DNA from: Calcarisporiella thermophila CBS 279.70
Lineage: Eukaryota > Fungi > Calcarisporiellomycota
Reading direction: 5' to 3'
Assembly (NCBI RefSeq): GCF_041956535.1
Contig: NW_027192195.1
Location: 782,403-846,402 of the forward strand
DNA: 64,000 nucleotides
Shown: one piece after another, positions 37,495-52,393 of the stretch
Numbering within the stretch: the first letter of the stretch is position 1
How the letters are laid out: the number at the start of each line of letters is the position of its first letter
Notes under the pieces: generated by a model
What the model was told of the DNA's origin: nothing
The model's database searches: none
What the model saw: the letters and a program-made list of their open reading frames with translations, nothing else
Translations under genes and position numbers: made by a program

Positions 37495-40400
37495 TTAAAT
37501 AAAAGTTTCATTCCTAGGGGTTCTGATCCTTCGCGGTGGCGGCTGCGGCTGGGTTACCTGTTGCTGTTGCTGCTGGTTTCCCCCACCAGCTTGTCTTGGC
37601 TGATTTCCGTGAGCCTCGTTATCCCTTTTCTCTGCACCAACACCTCCAGTCTTCCCAGCCATTACATCTTGTGCAGATACGAATGAATCCTGCGAGGATG
37701 GCGAAGAAGGAGCGAAAAGTGAGTTTGCATTATTGATCAAGTACTCGACAAGAGTGTTGCGCTGCCTCATGTCAGTGAGATCACGTGTGACATCCGTATC
37801 ACGCAGAAGTGTAGGTCCAAAAACTACCGCCAGATTTTTGGGATTCATAAGGTTGATATCCATGTGATTCTTGACTCTGTCAAGAGAATTCAATTAAATA
37901 TCGAATGATTATTAGAGAATAATCCGCGAATTTACCTATCAAGGTGGAGAACTAGATAACGAAGCGTCGAGTAGTTTCCAATGGGAAGCTGGTCAATGAG
38001 CGACTTTATCGTCGAAAACTTCTCACCTTCATCAGCAATATCTAAAAAATGAACTGTTAGGCTTAAATTTATATGATTAAAAAATGAAGCACACTCACCA
38101 ATTGCCGAAATAAATTTGGGGTAAAGTTCGTAGGTGACAAGCGGGTTAGGGAGTTGACGAAGATATGATTTCAAGAGACTCGTAATGGCGCAGATGTCAT
38201 AGTCCGAATCTCCAAGATTAATGTCATCGCCAGAATCAAATATTGCCTGGAGAGATTGTATAGTGGAAGTGCTACCTGATTTACGGTAAATACCTTCAAA
38301 ATCCATTCCGCGAGTTTCCACGGCCTCTATACATCTCTTCAGCACGAGGGGAATATTGGAGCCCTCGATTTCGAGCTGCAAATTAAGATCTCTTCCGAAA
38401 ATTGGCAACTTTCCAGAAGCAGCAGCTCCACGCCCACCATCTCCATTCGCGTGTCGGACCACATTACAGGTTACCGGTGTTTTATCAATACACTTGGCAT
38501 GAATTTGTAGGAAGCAGCCCGAACATTTTAGCACCCCTAATCCCCACAGTGTCTCTCCACACACTTCACATTTGATGGGCCTTAGAAGAGACGCAGCCTG
38601 AAATTGGTGCTGTCCATGCGTGACCGTGCTTTGTGACTGCAAATGTTGCTGTTGGCCGTCCTGCGGCTGCTCATTCTGCTGTAGCGGAGGTTGAGGCGAT
38701 CGTGGTTTTGTCATCACTTTCATTGCTTTTCTCCATGTGAATTTCTTTGGTGCTTGAACCCGAGGGCGAACCAGATTTTCTCTGAATCGAACATCGCGTA
38801 AGGCATCAGTTGGTTGAGATTGTGAATCCAGAGATTTTAACAAATAAATTTGAGAATCTCCTTGTTGGGATTGGAGTTGTTGGGACTGCTGCTCTGAGTC
38901 CTCTATTTGACTTAACAAATTTCTGTTGATGGTGGTCAGTTCTTCAAATGATTGCTTGAGTTGCTGCAGCTCATGTGTAATATCTTCATGTGAATTTCTC
39001 CATCTCTCCATCTCATCCTTGATATAATCGCGATCACGCTTGAGTGATTCAATCTCGATTTGATATGCCTCCCTCATACGATCAAGTTCTCTGTTTTGTT
39101 CCGAGCTGGAAAAATAAGTGGTTAGATTAATATTTACCGTCAAGCAAACGATCTTGTTAGAAAAAAAATTACTTTGCTGGTTTAGGCTGTTGCTCCACCA
39201 AAAGCTCCATGTCCTGCATGAGAGCATCCCTTTGTTGCCGTAGCCCCTCAATGGAGCGTTCAAGGTCGTTACGCACCGAACTCAGGCGATTTATGTCGTC
39301 TTGGATGTTCTCGTTTTCACGCCCATGTTCAGATTTCCCTTCATAAACTGCTTCAAGTTCACTTTGAAGACGTTGAATGTTAAGATCTGCCTCCTGTCTC
39401 CGCGCAACCTCTTGCATAAACTCTTCTTTGGCACATTGGAATTCTTCGACTGCTTTTCGACTCACTTCCTATATAAAGAAGATATAAATAAATCTCACTT
39501 AATTTTCCGTAGCCTGTTAAAACCATCGTACGAACCTTTATTTTCTCGTAGTTTTGTCGGGTGTTTTCCAGCTCTTGTCTCAGAAGTTTATTCTCCAGCA
39601 GCAGCACCGATATTTTGTCATTTGATGATTTCGCAATAGCATCGTTGGAACGATCAACCCACTGATCCAGAGATTTCTCGTCCATTGCCACTGAACTTGA
39701 AAACTCAACTTTGACGCCTTCTTTTTCAGGATGCTCTAGCATTTTGCTAAGACGATCAAAGGTTCTTGAGTGAGCCTCAAAAGAAAAGCGCATTGGAAAT
39801 TTTGGTTGATCCAAGTTTTGATTGTGCTCAGAGGATAAGTGAGGCAAAAGCCCTGGAGATTCGTCTTCGAAATGCACGCTGTATCCTTGATTTTTATCCA
39901 GAAATTGAAGATGAATTGGTACATCATCGATATACTGCTGCTCTCCGGAGGTGGGATTGGCAGAAAAGGGTGATGAAGATCGTGAATTGGAATTCTCCCA
40001 GAACAGTTGGCCATCAGATTGTTGCTCAGTTGAATTGGGTAGACCCTTTTGTAGTGTGCCTCGAAAATCACCTGACGCATTAGCCCATTTATCTGCTTGT
40101 CGTGGTTCCATTGGTGAGCGCCTTGACCGCTTTTCATTTAGATTAAGAGAGGGAGCGGTTTCTGGTCGCGGTGGAGGTCTGCGAGGATTCTCTAGTGAAT
40201 CAGAGGAAAGCCTGTGTGTGCTGGTAGAGTCAGTCGATAACTGTTGTCGCATTGGGGGACGAATATCTGACAGATTTGTGCTCCCCAATGAGGCTATATT
40301 GTTGCCGCGAGGTATTGCAGGGAGTGTTTTCTCACCCGAGTATTCTTCACGCTTGCGACTACGAAGTTTTTCTTCTTTCCGCCGCATCTTTTGCTCTTTT

Positions 40401-40967
40401 CTTAACTCGTAGCATGGCATACAATAAATGCCCTAAAAAAAAGTTAAATAGTGATACATCTACATGAATGGAAAATACTAACTTTGGTACTTTGTGTGAA
40501 CACAAGATCCTCAATACGTCGATTACAAGAAATGCAGCAGAAACACTCAGCGTGATATGCATCATCCCCTATATAACAAAAATTTAATCACATATATCAT
40601 TGAAAGACAACGAAGCCAAAAATAAAATGGCACCTGTCATAATTGCTTCATCTTCGATAGCTTGGCCACAAGATCGACAACTGTATGAGCATTTTTCGCA
40701 GATCGGCTGACCATCTGAGAGCAGCATCAAATTTCCATCACAGTCAATTTGTGAATTACATTTTGCGCACCGGAAACTAATGAAAATAAATAATTAATGT
40801 TTTAATGTTTTTGCCGACAATAGATTATTTAATATGGTATTATATTGAGGATAGAGTGGTGTTTCTGGTTACCATTCAATATGCCAAATTCCATCGCCAA
40901 ATGCAACAACTGATCCCTCTTCTATGGTTTGATGGCATCCTAAACATTTTGGATCTAAATCCTCCAT
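37495..40967 (-). CDS. Rho GTPase-activating protein with N-terminal LIM domains, coiled coil, C1 domain and RhoGAP domain (Rga-like)
   Basis: LIM (CLGC...WHIEC-FRCAKC; HAECFCCISC), C1 (HQF...CEVC...CSGC...HAKC), RhoGAP (FEGIYRKSG, LLKSYLRQLPNPL, NLMNPKNLAVVFGPTL). Confidence 0.93.
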
Positions 40968-41568
40968 GAAGAAGATGCTGAGCACTGCTCAATAAGCTAT
41001 GTACTGACGAAATATTGGCAATAAAAAGAAAAAGTAAGAGAGAAGATGGAAAAGACAAGAAGCAGAAAACTAAAAAATAATATTTAACAGTTTAGTTTAA
41101 TAATAAACTTTATTCTGACTTAAGATTCCACAGCCGATTTTCTTTTTTTCTTTAATTTCTACGGCAATACTGCTCAAGATAAAAATAGTATTGTGGAAAA
41201 ACCCCGAAACCACTATTTGTTACTTGTCAACTTATGTGAATGGTAACTAATTCTCAGCATTTTTAAAACGTGAACACAGTATAATATATTTTAATAGTCA
41301 GCCTCCCCCAAGAGGTTAAGAGTACATGAGACAAACGCCAAGACTAGATCGTAGAGTGGATCATAACATCTTTTTTGCCTGTTTAGTTTTGATTTTTACG
41401 CAAAACATGTAGGATAAATATATCTTAATCAACATTATACGAGCATCCCTAATAAGCGAGTTATCATATATGCTTTTGCATATTTTCGTTGAATCCTTGT
41501 GAGCTAAACATAAAGTAAGGCTTTTTTACAATTGACAATAGCTAACAACTTTTGCGAAAAATACAATA

Positions 41569-42480
41569 CTAATATGCAATAATAGCTCTTTCTCGTCCTG
41601 CTAAATCCTTCCATGTTTCGACTCGTGAAAATCCGTTGTATTTTAAATATTTAGACACCATCTTTTGATGGCTTCCTCCAACCTCCAAGACAACTCGAGG
41701 GATATCACATGTAGTGGAAGATGATAAGAGAGCCGGAGCAACCTGAGCAATCCTCTCATGGAAAGCCATTCCGCCATTTTCTGCAAGGAGTGCGCCACTG
41801 TCTTCCCAATACTTTACGCTATTACTGAGGTTATTATATTCCTCTTGGGTTATATACGGGGGATTTGACACAATTAAATCGTATGGCGTATTATTTGTGA
41901 GTGATAATAGGCGTGGGAGTGCATCTCGTTGCATAAGGTCAACCATCGCGAATTCTACGTTTTGAACTTTAGATACTTGGGCATTAAGACGTGCGAGCTC
42001 CAGTGCTTTCTCTGATATATCTATTCCATAAACACTACACACCTCTTTTCTTAGATTCGTAGCAAGCGTGAGAGCAATACACCCTGTGCCTGTGCATAAA
42101 TCGAGCACCCGAAAATTATCTTTTCGCTTCTCATCAATACATTTCGACAGCATATTGACAAGCCGTAGTGTCCATTCCTCAGTCTCCCATCGAGGAATAA
42201 GCACTGGTGGATGGACAAGAATGTCCAAGCGCCCAAATGGTTGAGTGCCTAATATATATTGGAGAGGTTTGTGACGAATAACTCGATCTTCTATCCAGCT
42301 CTTTAATTGAGTAGATCTACACCAAGATGATTGATCTTTAGTGGTTTTGTTGAAATGTTCTCGGAGCCATCGTAGCTCTGTCCTTGCTTGAGTGAGATTT
42401 CCATCAACTGCTGGAAGAAGACGATGTGCTAAAAACTCAGTTACAGTAACTGCAGAGCGAAATCTCCTACGAATGCGCAT
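41569..42480 (-). CDS. HemK/PrmC-family release-factor glutamine methyltransferase (mitochondrial Mtq1-like)
   Basis: PLQYILGTQPF, LIPRWETEEW, LDLCTGTGCIAL, VSNPPYI and KDLAGRER. Arg-rich N-terminus. Confidence 0.93.
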   Translation of the reverse strand: MRIRRRFRSAVTVTEFLAHRLLPAVDGNLTQARTELRWLREHFNKTTKDQSSWCRSTQLKSWIEDRVIRHKPLQYILGTQPFGRLDILVHPPVLIPRWETEEWTLRLVNMLSKCIDEKRKDNFRVLDLCTGTGCIALTLATNLRKEVCSVYGIDISEKALELARLNAQVSKVQNVEFAMVDLMQRDALPRLLSLTNNTPYDLIVSNPPYITQEEYNNLSNSVKYWEDSGALLAENGGMAFHERIAQVAPALLSSSTTCDIPRVVLEVGGSHQKMVSKYLKYNGFSRVETWKDLAGRERAIIAY

Positions 42481-42736
42481 TACTTCTAATAATTCTTTTA
42501 ATTCAAATTATAGTTTATAATATATGTGACTGTTCGTGGTCAAATGTATCCTGTAGTCAATTATTGACTCACGTCAAAGTCGCGTAATGAAGAGAATTAA
42601 AAATGAAAAGAATTTTTATAATATTTTCTTAGTTCGCGTTTTTTTTTTACCAAGTATTTTATTTATCCAGTAAACATATATTCGCTGTTCCTATTTTATT
42701 ATAATATCTTCTACTCTATACAGGAGTCAGAATCAA

Positions 42737-45700
42737 ATGTCGTCTACTTTAATATCGAGCGAGTTAGATGATCTCCGTCTCTCGAGATCAAGGCCAAAAT
42801 CAGTGGTGTTCAGTCCACGAAGGCTCGAATCTTGCTCCTCTATCCCTGGGAAAGTCAAGACTCCTGCAAAAGGAATTCTGAAAACGCCTTCCAAATTATT
42901 ACCCGATGAAAGACCACTTTTAACCTCCTCTCCGCCTCCGCAATTGACTCAAGTTGGCTCTGAGAAAAATATCGAAAACATCGTATTAGCAACTGTTGAA
43001 GCACTACGCAATGGAGATGAGAAGATTCGGACAGAATATTATCAAATGCTACATACACGATATCGAGAGAGTAGTGATAATCTCCCTTTCCTCGATGATA
43101 CAGAAATGAATATCACTGTTTTCAGCGAATCTTTCCGAAGAGACGTATCGCAGAACCATAATACCGAGTTGTAAGTGCTTTCTTTACTGAATAATATTTC
43201 AAATACAGTGCTATTAGACTGTATATATCCATACATAACTCTTATTTCTCCACTCATAGAGCACATGCAGCATTAAGATGTATGGGATTTTTCTTATTCC
43301 ATGGTGAACTGGTGATTATGTTTGACGGTAATAACAGAACTCCTGTTCAAACTCCTTATTAATATACTATATTAACATTTCTTCCTTGTTATACAGATGT
43401 AGATTTGCAAGAACTTTTGATATTGGTTGCGAACAAAATCCGAGAAACTTCCAACAAAGTAGTCGAACACTCTAAACTTCACATTATTTTGCCAATGGCT
43501 CACATTGAATATTTTATTCTAGAATACTTGCAATTTTTGTGTATGGTGTCTGGCGATTCAACGACTGAAACCTAATACAATCTATCCTCTTGTTCCACGT
43601 CTAGTCGAGGCGCTAGTATTTGCCCTGGTGTCCAATTTCAAATCAATTACAATGCAAATGGAAGCTATATCGGTAATAAAAATCGTGATTGCCTTCATTA
43701 CAAGTATTCACTCACTTTTGTGGCATTATTACACTAGGCACTTGGAGTTATTTTTAAGCAGGTGCCCACTTCGGCAATTGTGTACTCTGAACTATGGTTA
43801 TTAGAGGTTGTTCGCTCTTTGGTGCATAATATGTCTGGAATTCGCTCTAGAGCGATGCAATTGCTCGAAAATTCTCTCAGTAATTTAGTACTACAACCAG
43901 ACATAATTGACCGTGCATTGGGGGTAAATTCATAGCTTTGGATACATATTAATATTGGACTTTTTTTATTATTGCCATTATTATATTTTTTTTCAGAACT
44001 TTCTGGATATCGAAGGTGCAACATTTACTAGGGAGCTTGACAAACTTATATTTTCTGGAGAAGGTGAGTGCACTAATTCAACAGTATAACATTAATTCTG
44101 GTAGCGTATTGATTATTTTTCAGAAATACATGCTATCAAGGCATGGGGAGTAGTAGTGCTTTTGCTAGGGGAAAAATTACATCGGAATCCCAATTTAAAC
44201 GCGTTTCTCAAATGTATTGAGGTAAATATCAAGTGAAAAACATTAAAAAAACCATTTTAAGTTATTTATTTTATTAAAATAGAAATGCTTCAATGTTAAG
44301 AAGCCAGCTGTTAAGGCTGCCGCTTTCGCAGCTTGGACCAAATTCATATATAATTTTTCTCTGAATGGACATATTTTAATGATCAAGAGAATTAAGTTAA
44401 TCAGAGTTCCGATTGAGAACTGGTACGTTCATTGCTATATATACAGAAAAGAGAATGAAATAGAGAATGACTCAGCATATCTCCATAGCCTTCGGCGCGA
44501 GAGATCCCGAGCAGTCAAAGAGGCATGTATCCACACATGGGCCAATTTTATGTATGCTAGTTCCGAGGTGTTGACAGAGGTATTCCACCACAATTATTGC
44601 AATTGATTCGCAGATTGTCTCCAATTTCCTTGTGGTAGTATTTTGATGGCATTGTAGGCGATATGATGCAATTATCAATGAAATCAAACTCGCCCCTTAT
44701 TCGCAATTATGGATTTCAAATAATGTCCTGCCTCCTATGTGGTCGCTCCAATGGTACTGTACTACAGAATTCTCTGCACCAATATTGCATTCTATATAAC
44801 TCTTCTTGACCAATCTTTATAGCCTTATGGAATGATATTAATAATCCTCTAAAAAGTGATGCGCAAAAACCCGCGGAGGCGATCCGACGGGATCCACAGT
44901 GGATTCGACGCAACTCTAAGAAATTTTGTGAATTCTTTCATATCAGTCTGTCTATGCAGTATCTTCTTGAGAGTCAGAGCAGCGACGAATGGCACTTATG
45001 CGAATTATCTGAAAAGCGGATTGTAACAGTAAGCATATTATTTTTTTTTCACCTTATTTATTAGCTTAAGTGCTGACATGATCTCTATAGAACGAATTTG
45101 TAGCTGCATGGAACGATTTTTTAGCGGCAATACAGCAAGCGAACCAGAAGGAAATTGGTCCATCACGGGAAGCTATTGATTCTTTGCATGAATGCCTAAG
45201 AATGTGGAGACAAGTGTGGGAAACGGATGAATCAAATATGACAAACGTAATAATCGAAGAATCAGAAGAGCGAGGTAGTATTATTTTTTCCTTTTCATAT
45301 ACCTGTCTCAATCTCATTCTTTGATTTTATTCAAGTCAACCCTTGGGTCGTGAAACTCGGGATCCTTCATTTCATGCTACAAACTTATGAAAAATATTTT
45401 ACAGCTTCAGTGTTAACTTCAATCAAGTACAGCTTGAATGAAGAGGAGGCGAAAGTCCAGGAGGATCAACATGTTACCCCTATTCATTGTACTCCGATTG
45501 GTAAGCGGACATTCAATAATATATTTTATAATTGTTTGAATTTTTTTGCCTTTCGTATCCTAGTCTACATCCTCAATATGCTCTTGTCCGTTCCTGCCAA
45601 TGCACTTGTTGATAAGCAGGTGAAAAATATCCTCATAATGCTCATCAACAAATCATTCCAAATTGCGGAAATTGACACTGAGTTGAACAAAATGCTTTCA

Positions 45701-48282
45701 TGCTCTCTTTCATTGCTCGAGACCCGGTTAATAAGCTCTGATAAAATTTTAAACATCGACATTGAATTGGATTATCAAATGGAAGCGTGGCAATGTATTG
45801 GTAAGTATCTATTCAAATAGGTATATAAAGGCATATCATTGCAAAATTGTTTCTTTATTTTAGCTTTATCGCTGGAAAAATATATCCGTCGTAGCGGTCA
45901 GATATTTGACATCGATATCGCTCAAGATCAACTTACCATGACTCTATTGGAAGTCATTATCTATCCATTAAGGTATGTGTCCGCGTTTATTTTTCACATT
46001 TACCATCATTATAATATCATGCATGCATTCAATAATAGAAAATACCTAGAGCAAAGTGTTACGCCTTCGGACGACCTAGAAATGGGTATTTCTGTCGCAC
46101 TATCGAATCTTCTCGAATCATATTACAAGGCAACGACTTACTTGAAAGCCAACACCTGTATTGATTTAATTGCCGCACGCATTCAGTCAGCACTAGATTC
46201 GCATAATAATACCATTCAAAATATAAGGTGAGTTCAGCGAGGATATTGAGTTGACACCAACTCTAATTATAAATTATACCGTAGTTGTCTGCGAATTATC
46301 ACAAATCTTACTACCTATATGCTCAGTTTGAACGCAAACTCAGCTGCATTTAATGCAGATTCAAACCATACATCTCGTGAGCAGTAAGTATCATTTGATT
46401 GAGAATAGTCATAAATTTGTCAGCTTACTCCTATCCCTGATTAGATCTGTGTTTCAATCACTATATAAGCTTTCTACTTCTCTCCTCAAGTATCTCTATT
46501 TATGGCTGGATAATTCAGCTCAAAATCCTAAAGATGTGCCTGGTTTCATCAAGAACTTTTTCACGGAGCTCACGACACTCTTAGTTAACACACCCAGTGA
46601 GAATAATATTTTTGACCTACTATCTGACGGAATCCTTACATGGATTAAAGATGACGATCATCATGTGCGTGATCAAACTATACTTGTAAAAAAAAAATAT
46701 GGAGAAATGGTTAGTACATATAGATAGTGTCATGTTCACTCTGATTACTAATATTCTAAATTTTTCAGTTATCGGCTTTCTGGAAGGAAGGGGTTATTTC
46801 TGGTTTATGTCGTGGTCAAAATGTATACACCACCGAGCTTCTTACACGCGTTCAGGAATATATTGTTGTTGGTTTTGATAGCTGGGACAAATCAATCGAA
46901 GAGTCCACGTATTCGTTCTGGGAGAACACATTTAAAAAACAAGGCGCAATAGAGTATCCACCAGAAGTGGCTCGTGTGCTTGAGAAACGAGAAAAAGAAG
47001 GCCATCAACCCGAACCAAACACCCCGCAAAATCAAGAAAAGACCGAAGTTGTTGATACGAATTCGCAGACAAAGTCTTCAACTAGCAATAAAAATCGAAA
47101 GAGAAGTAATTGATATATTTCTCCTCAACATCTTTAACTTTGTCAATGAAACGTATTAACGATTTGTAATTTATAGAACGCCGTGAATTGGAGTATCTTG
47201 AGGTTGAATCCGATTTAGTCGAGACTCCTCGAAGTTCTAGACGAGTACGTCGTTCGATTAACCCTATTGTAGGTTGTTGTATATTAGTTAGCCTTAACTC
47301 GATAATTTATAATCATTCAAATCTACAGGAAATCTCTCCTAAAGATAAAGCTAGCAGCGTCGATCCCAAAACCCCTAAAAGTGGCGACACTACTTGTACA
47401 CCTAAAAGTGGTAAACGGAATCGTAAGTTCTATTTTCAGGCACTGAGCATTAATTCTTGTTTACGAGAATTTTAATTAGGTGCAAGACGTAGACAGAGCC
47501 GTCAACAGGCTGAGACTGATACCACCCCTGTTTCTAAGGAGCATACTGATATCTCGAATGAAAACAATTCTACGCCATCCATAAAGTTAAAACAAGGATT
47601 CCATAAAGAAAACGCAATGGATTGGTCAGAAAATAGCACAGTAGTTGCTCAGCTGGGAGTGACGATGCCGCGAGAAATTGAGATTACGGAGGTTACTCCT
47701 GCCGGTGCCGAGCCCACAGATCTACAAAAAATGAACGTAGATGTTAAAATACTCGCCACAGTACAAGAGGAAGAATGGCCTCAGTCCCCGCATAGCTCAA
47801 TTTCAGAAGACGAGATATTCACGGACGCTAAAGATGAACTTCCAGAAGAGAACGAGAGTGAAACTGTCAAACGAAATAATGAATTTGCTGTAACCAGCAA
47901 ACTGCCTGTCCAAGTGGAAACGGTTGTAACAGCGCGCAATATGGTTGGAAAATTACCAGCCCTGCTAGATTCAAAAGAAAGTGGGAGTGAATTAGACTTG
48001 ACTGGAAATACAGAGATTATAAATTCCGCTACTGACTTGCCAGGGTCGGGTGATCTACTGGTTGAAGATCTCCTTGTTAAGATGCAGAGACTTGTGGAAA
48101 CGCCTGCAACTATGGAAAGATTTAGCACCAGGTAAGACTCTTTCTCATTTTCATTCATATAAATAAGATTAGTAAATGACTATATTTATTATTATAGACA
48201 ACTTGTTGAACTGCAGCGAAATATCAACCTACTGAATACAATGGCGGTAGACACAATATCTAAGAGAATCACTGATTCATAG
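42737..48282 (+). CDS. RIF1: Telomere-associated/replication-timing protein Rif1, many exons
   Basis: N-terminal PP1-docking KSVVF and GILK motifs. HEAT-like Rif1_N segments (AWGVVVLLLG, EKCFN...AFAAWTKFIYNF, DPQWIRRN), a disordered S/TP-rich tail and a short C-terminal helical domain. Confidence 0.85.
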
Positions 48283-48424
48283 TTTTCGCTCGTAATATTT
48301 AGACATTTATATAGACATTACTGTTTTATTACACACTTTGTAATAATTTTTTCTGATATTCAAACTTTTCTCTGCATAAATATTAAATGAAGTCAATTAT
48401 TTACATACAGAATTGAAATATTTA

Positions 48425-50125
48425 TCAAAGCTCATCGTGAGATATCCCGCCTGCCTTATCTTTTCCAACCATATCTTCCGGCACCGGTTCAGGTTCCTCT
48501 ACTTCACTAACATTTTCTAGTTTGTTAAAAGCATTTTTTGCGATAAATTCAAGAAAATTCTCTAACGATCTATCTCCTGTGTAATCAATGATCTCTCGAT
48601 CTGTGCCGGCTTTGAATAACTTAATGGAAGGGAAGCCTGTGATTTTGAAAGGCACGGAGAGCGGCATATCATTCACAGTACCATCCATTTTCGCTATAAT
48701 TATATTCCCGCTCGGATTACGACTGCGCACTGTTTTACCAAGCTCTTCCCATGTTGGTGCCAACCGCTTACAATGTCCGCACCAAGGAGCATATATTTCG
48801 AGCAAAACGTCCTTCTGTTCATCAAATACGATTTTATCAAATTCATCCGCAACTACTTTCGTGACAGGCGCGTCGTTCACTTCCGGAATTGGCTCAGATT
48901 TGATGGCAGGTGCAATCTCGCCTTTAACGACTCTGCTTACAAAATCATGAACCGCATCAGCCGTGATCTGTTTGCTCTGATTGAATGGGTACTTAGTAGC
49001 GTCGGACGTGTTTTGAATACCAAAAGCGGGCCATTGAGGTTTAAGATTGAGAGTTTCAGCAGCAACCCCATATCTGGTTGCATCTATCCAAACCATGTTG
49101 ATCTTTTAGGAAGCGAAATCGATAGTAAGTTAAAAAATGCAACACTGTATAATAAAATAAAAATCACCTACCTGTTCTCTAAATTCTCTTGCCACTGGCT
49201 CTAATGTTTTTGTCAGTCTCACTCTCATTGAATCGCTATCGACAAATATATATGCCAAGAGTTTTCCAGTCTGATAACTTGCGTAGTTATCTGGGCCGAT
49301 TTCATCGATAATCGGTTGTGCATTAGACCTGATGAATTCTCGCAAACGTTCTTTATCAAACGCTCCATTAAACTTATTTATTCCTTCGTCGAACTGTTTA
49401 AACAGTACTACGGAAGGAAAGTTCACCTCATATTTTTCTGCACCTTCAGGGTCAGTGCATATGCCAAAAACATATCTGCTACGCCATTCCTTAGCTAACT
49501 GCTCAACAATTTCCTTTGCTTCTCCATCTTGCGAAGAGAGGAACGCAACTATAACAACACGATCAGATTCTTTAAAGGTATCGATATCAACCGCAGAGAG
49601 CTCGGATAATACAGGTAGCACCTGTCTGAAATAAAAACAGCGTAAATTAAATTATTGCAGAAAACCAATTCCGATATAAACCATACTTTTTCATATAGCT
49701 AACTATTCCAGCTGATCGTCGTGATCCAGCGTAGTCATCTATAGGCTCTTTCCCTTCATGAAATACTTTCAATGTCGGAAAGCCTTCAACATCGTGTTCG
49801 CTACATAACTCCTGTTCAACTGTGCAATCTACTTTAGCAAGCTTAATTCCTGTAGATTTAAGCTCTGTTGCAGCTTTTTCGTACTCAGGCTCGAGATTTT
49901 TGCAATGCCCACACCAAGGTGCGAAGAATTCTACTAGTATTCTAATTGCACTGTTATCAATAAATATATCCCATAATAAAAAAAACTCCACATTTACAAT
50001 TTCTCACTATTTACTACAGAGCTGAAATTATTTTTTGCAAGTAATAGTACGTCAGATTCAGCGCACACATAATTCGAAAATATTACAAAGCTCAAGAATG
50101 TAATTGAAATGCAAAAAAAATTCAT
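48425..50125 (-). CDS. PDI1: Protein disulfide isomerase, 4 exons
   Basis: Signal peptide MNFFCISITFLSF..., two APWCGHCK thioredoxin sites and a C-terminal HDEL. Confidence 0.96.
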
Positions 50126-50275
50126 TGAATTGTTAAACAGATTAAAGAGTAAAAAATGTGAAGAACTGATTTTGTATTTAAAAAATTGGCGGCAATTTTT
50201 ACTCGCGAGGAACCCCTGGAATACATATATTAATTATTTCTTGTGGCATTATTTGTTTACAAGCACTTGAATATT

Positions 50276-51164
50276 ATGGGAAATATTGAACGCTTACGAG
50301 AGAGAAAAGAAAGTAGAGACCGCTCCGGTAGAAAAAGTAATCTGTTTTTCTTTTTTCTAATAATGAAAATTATAATAATATAATGATTAATTCTTAGAAA
50401 GTGAATATAAGAATTCAAGATCTCGATCTCGAAGTCGTAGTCCCCGTCCTTCTCATATTAGCAGTAGTAAACTGAGTGGTTCAGATCATGATCCAGGTAT
50501 GCACTAACGATAAATTTTTACTTCTTTCCTTTAAAATTACAATATGTGCGATAATACTATTGTTTTTTTATCAGCAGTAGTATACATTTATCCTTGATTT
50601 TATTTTATTCAATTATTTGAAAAATTTAAGAGATTGCTAAATTTTCTTCGCAAGATCTCGAGATTATTTAACCTATCATTTATAGGACACTCTTTAAAAA
50701 GAAATTCCAGAAGTTCAAGTCGTGAAAAAAGGAGAGAGTCGAAATCGCGCTCTGTATCTTCCGATACTGATTCATCGAGAGGTTGATATCTACCTGGTGA
50801 TTTCTGAGTATCTTTCAAATACATTGAGTATTTTTATTGTAGAGGAAAGGAGGCGGAAAAAAAAGTACAAAAAAGACAAAAAGAAGAGTAGAAAAAAGAG
50901 AAGAGCATCTTCCTCAGATGTGAGTCTTAACTAATCATTTTATTAATACTTGATTTATCTTTGAATATACTATAGGATGACGGACCTCGCAGTGCTATTA
51001 CTGGCAAAAAGGTTAGCTATTGCGTTAATAGCTTGGCAGTGCCCAATCTAACAAATTTTTGAATATTCAAGTTGAAGCTGAAAATTCACAAATCCAGTGA
51101 AGATAAACTTCGTGATGAAAACCGTTCTGATCTCTTACAATTTTTAAATTCATCTTATGACTAA
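50276..51164 (+). CDS. Small RS/lysine-rich putative nuclear protein, about 6 exons
   Basis: Spliced MGNIERLRERKESRDRSGRK-SEYKNSRSRSRSRSPR...RRRKKKYKKDKKKSRKKR...DDGPRSAITGKK-LKLKIHKSSEDKLRDENRSDLLQFLNSSYD*. Consensus splice sites keep the frame. Confidence 0.75.
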
Positions 51165-52393
51165 AATCACTATTTTATGGTTTGTCTTTTGCATAAAGAT
51201 CCTCGTTTAATTCAATTACTAAGTTCTAATGCTATTGTAAAATTTATAGGATTACACTAAGGATGGGAAAAGAATTGAGAGTGACATAATTTAAAATATT
51301 TTTTACAGTGGATGGCGAAGCAAGATACTATATATAGGATTCCAAGCCAAATACATATGGTCCTCTGCAGCGGTCCCTTCTCAGTCCCTTCTCTTCGTAA
51401 AGAAAATGTTAACTCCCAGACATTATAACTAATTATCCTAAGATTCCAATAAATTTCAATAAAAGACGCTTTCAAACTTATTATCTTGATTTTACAAAAT
51501 ACAGAACATTGCATTCTTAATGCTAGAATGTGTTATAGGACTTAAGATATCCTAAGACAATAGAAAGTAGGCATTTTCATGTGTAGTGATAGTATTCTTT
51601 TGTTGCCTCTAAGAACTAGTTTAATTATAGTCGAAATTGATAAAAATACAAATGACAATATATTGTGCTTTTCCATTGGTGTATTTTGCTATAATATATT
51701 TTTATTATATTTAATATAATTTTTCATCTCATTTTAATATCTAGATGCTTTTTGGCGCGCAATAATCTGATGCATTCATATCCTCATTAAATTTTTCAAT
51801 AGTCTTGATTCATAATTCTCTTGAATTATATAAATCGAGAAAATTTTATACCTGAGAGAAAAGGCACCAATACACAAATGATTTTAAAAGCAACTCAACA
51901 ATGACGATATAATCCCTATATTATACAACGAGTATATTTGATTCCTAATGTTGATTCAGTAGTTGCATTAAACTCTTCTTGAAAATCTTGTATTTAATTT
52001 CTTGATTTTTTTTATAAAAAGCGACTCTAAAATAATAAAGACGCAATTTCTATATGCGTTAAATTAGATGGTGTAGAGTAAACAAGTATAGCATAGAAGA
52101 AATTTGCGAAATTAATATCGTTTTAGTATAAGGTTGAAACTCACAATAGTGGAAAGTATTTCGATGGAATTAAATTGTTTTTTTAGTATAAATGCTATAT
52201 CTGTTTATGTACTTGAAGTGACTGCATCTTAATTAAAATTCGATCATTATTGAAACCAGTCTAAAAACGCGTCAATTAAAAAGCTACAGAAAGCTTTTAA
52301 ACCTTTCACAGATACACTCAATGGATTTTTTTTTTTTCATATTTCCAATATAATACTCACACATAAATTTATATTTCTTTTTTATTATTGTAG

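Noticed and set aside
50498-50686. Unusually long intron in the RS-rich gene, checked for a hidden microexon
   Set aside because: The flanking exons already join in frame, and the internal AG/GT pairs found would give non-3n exons.
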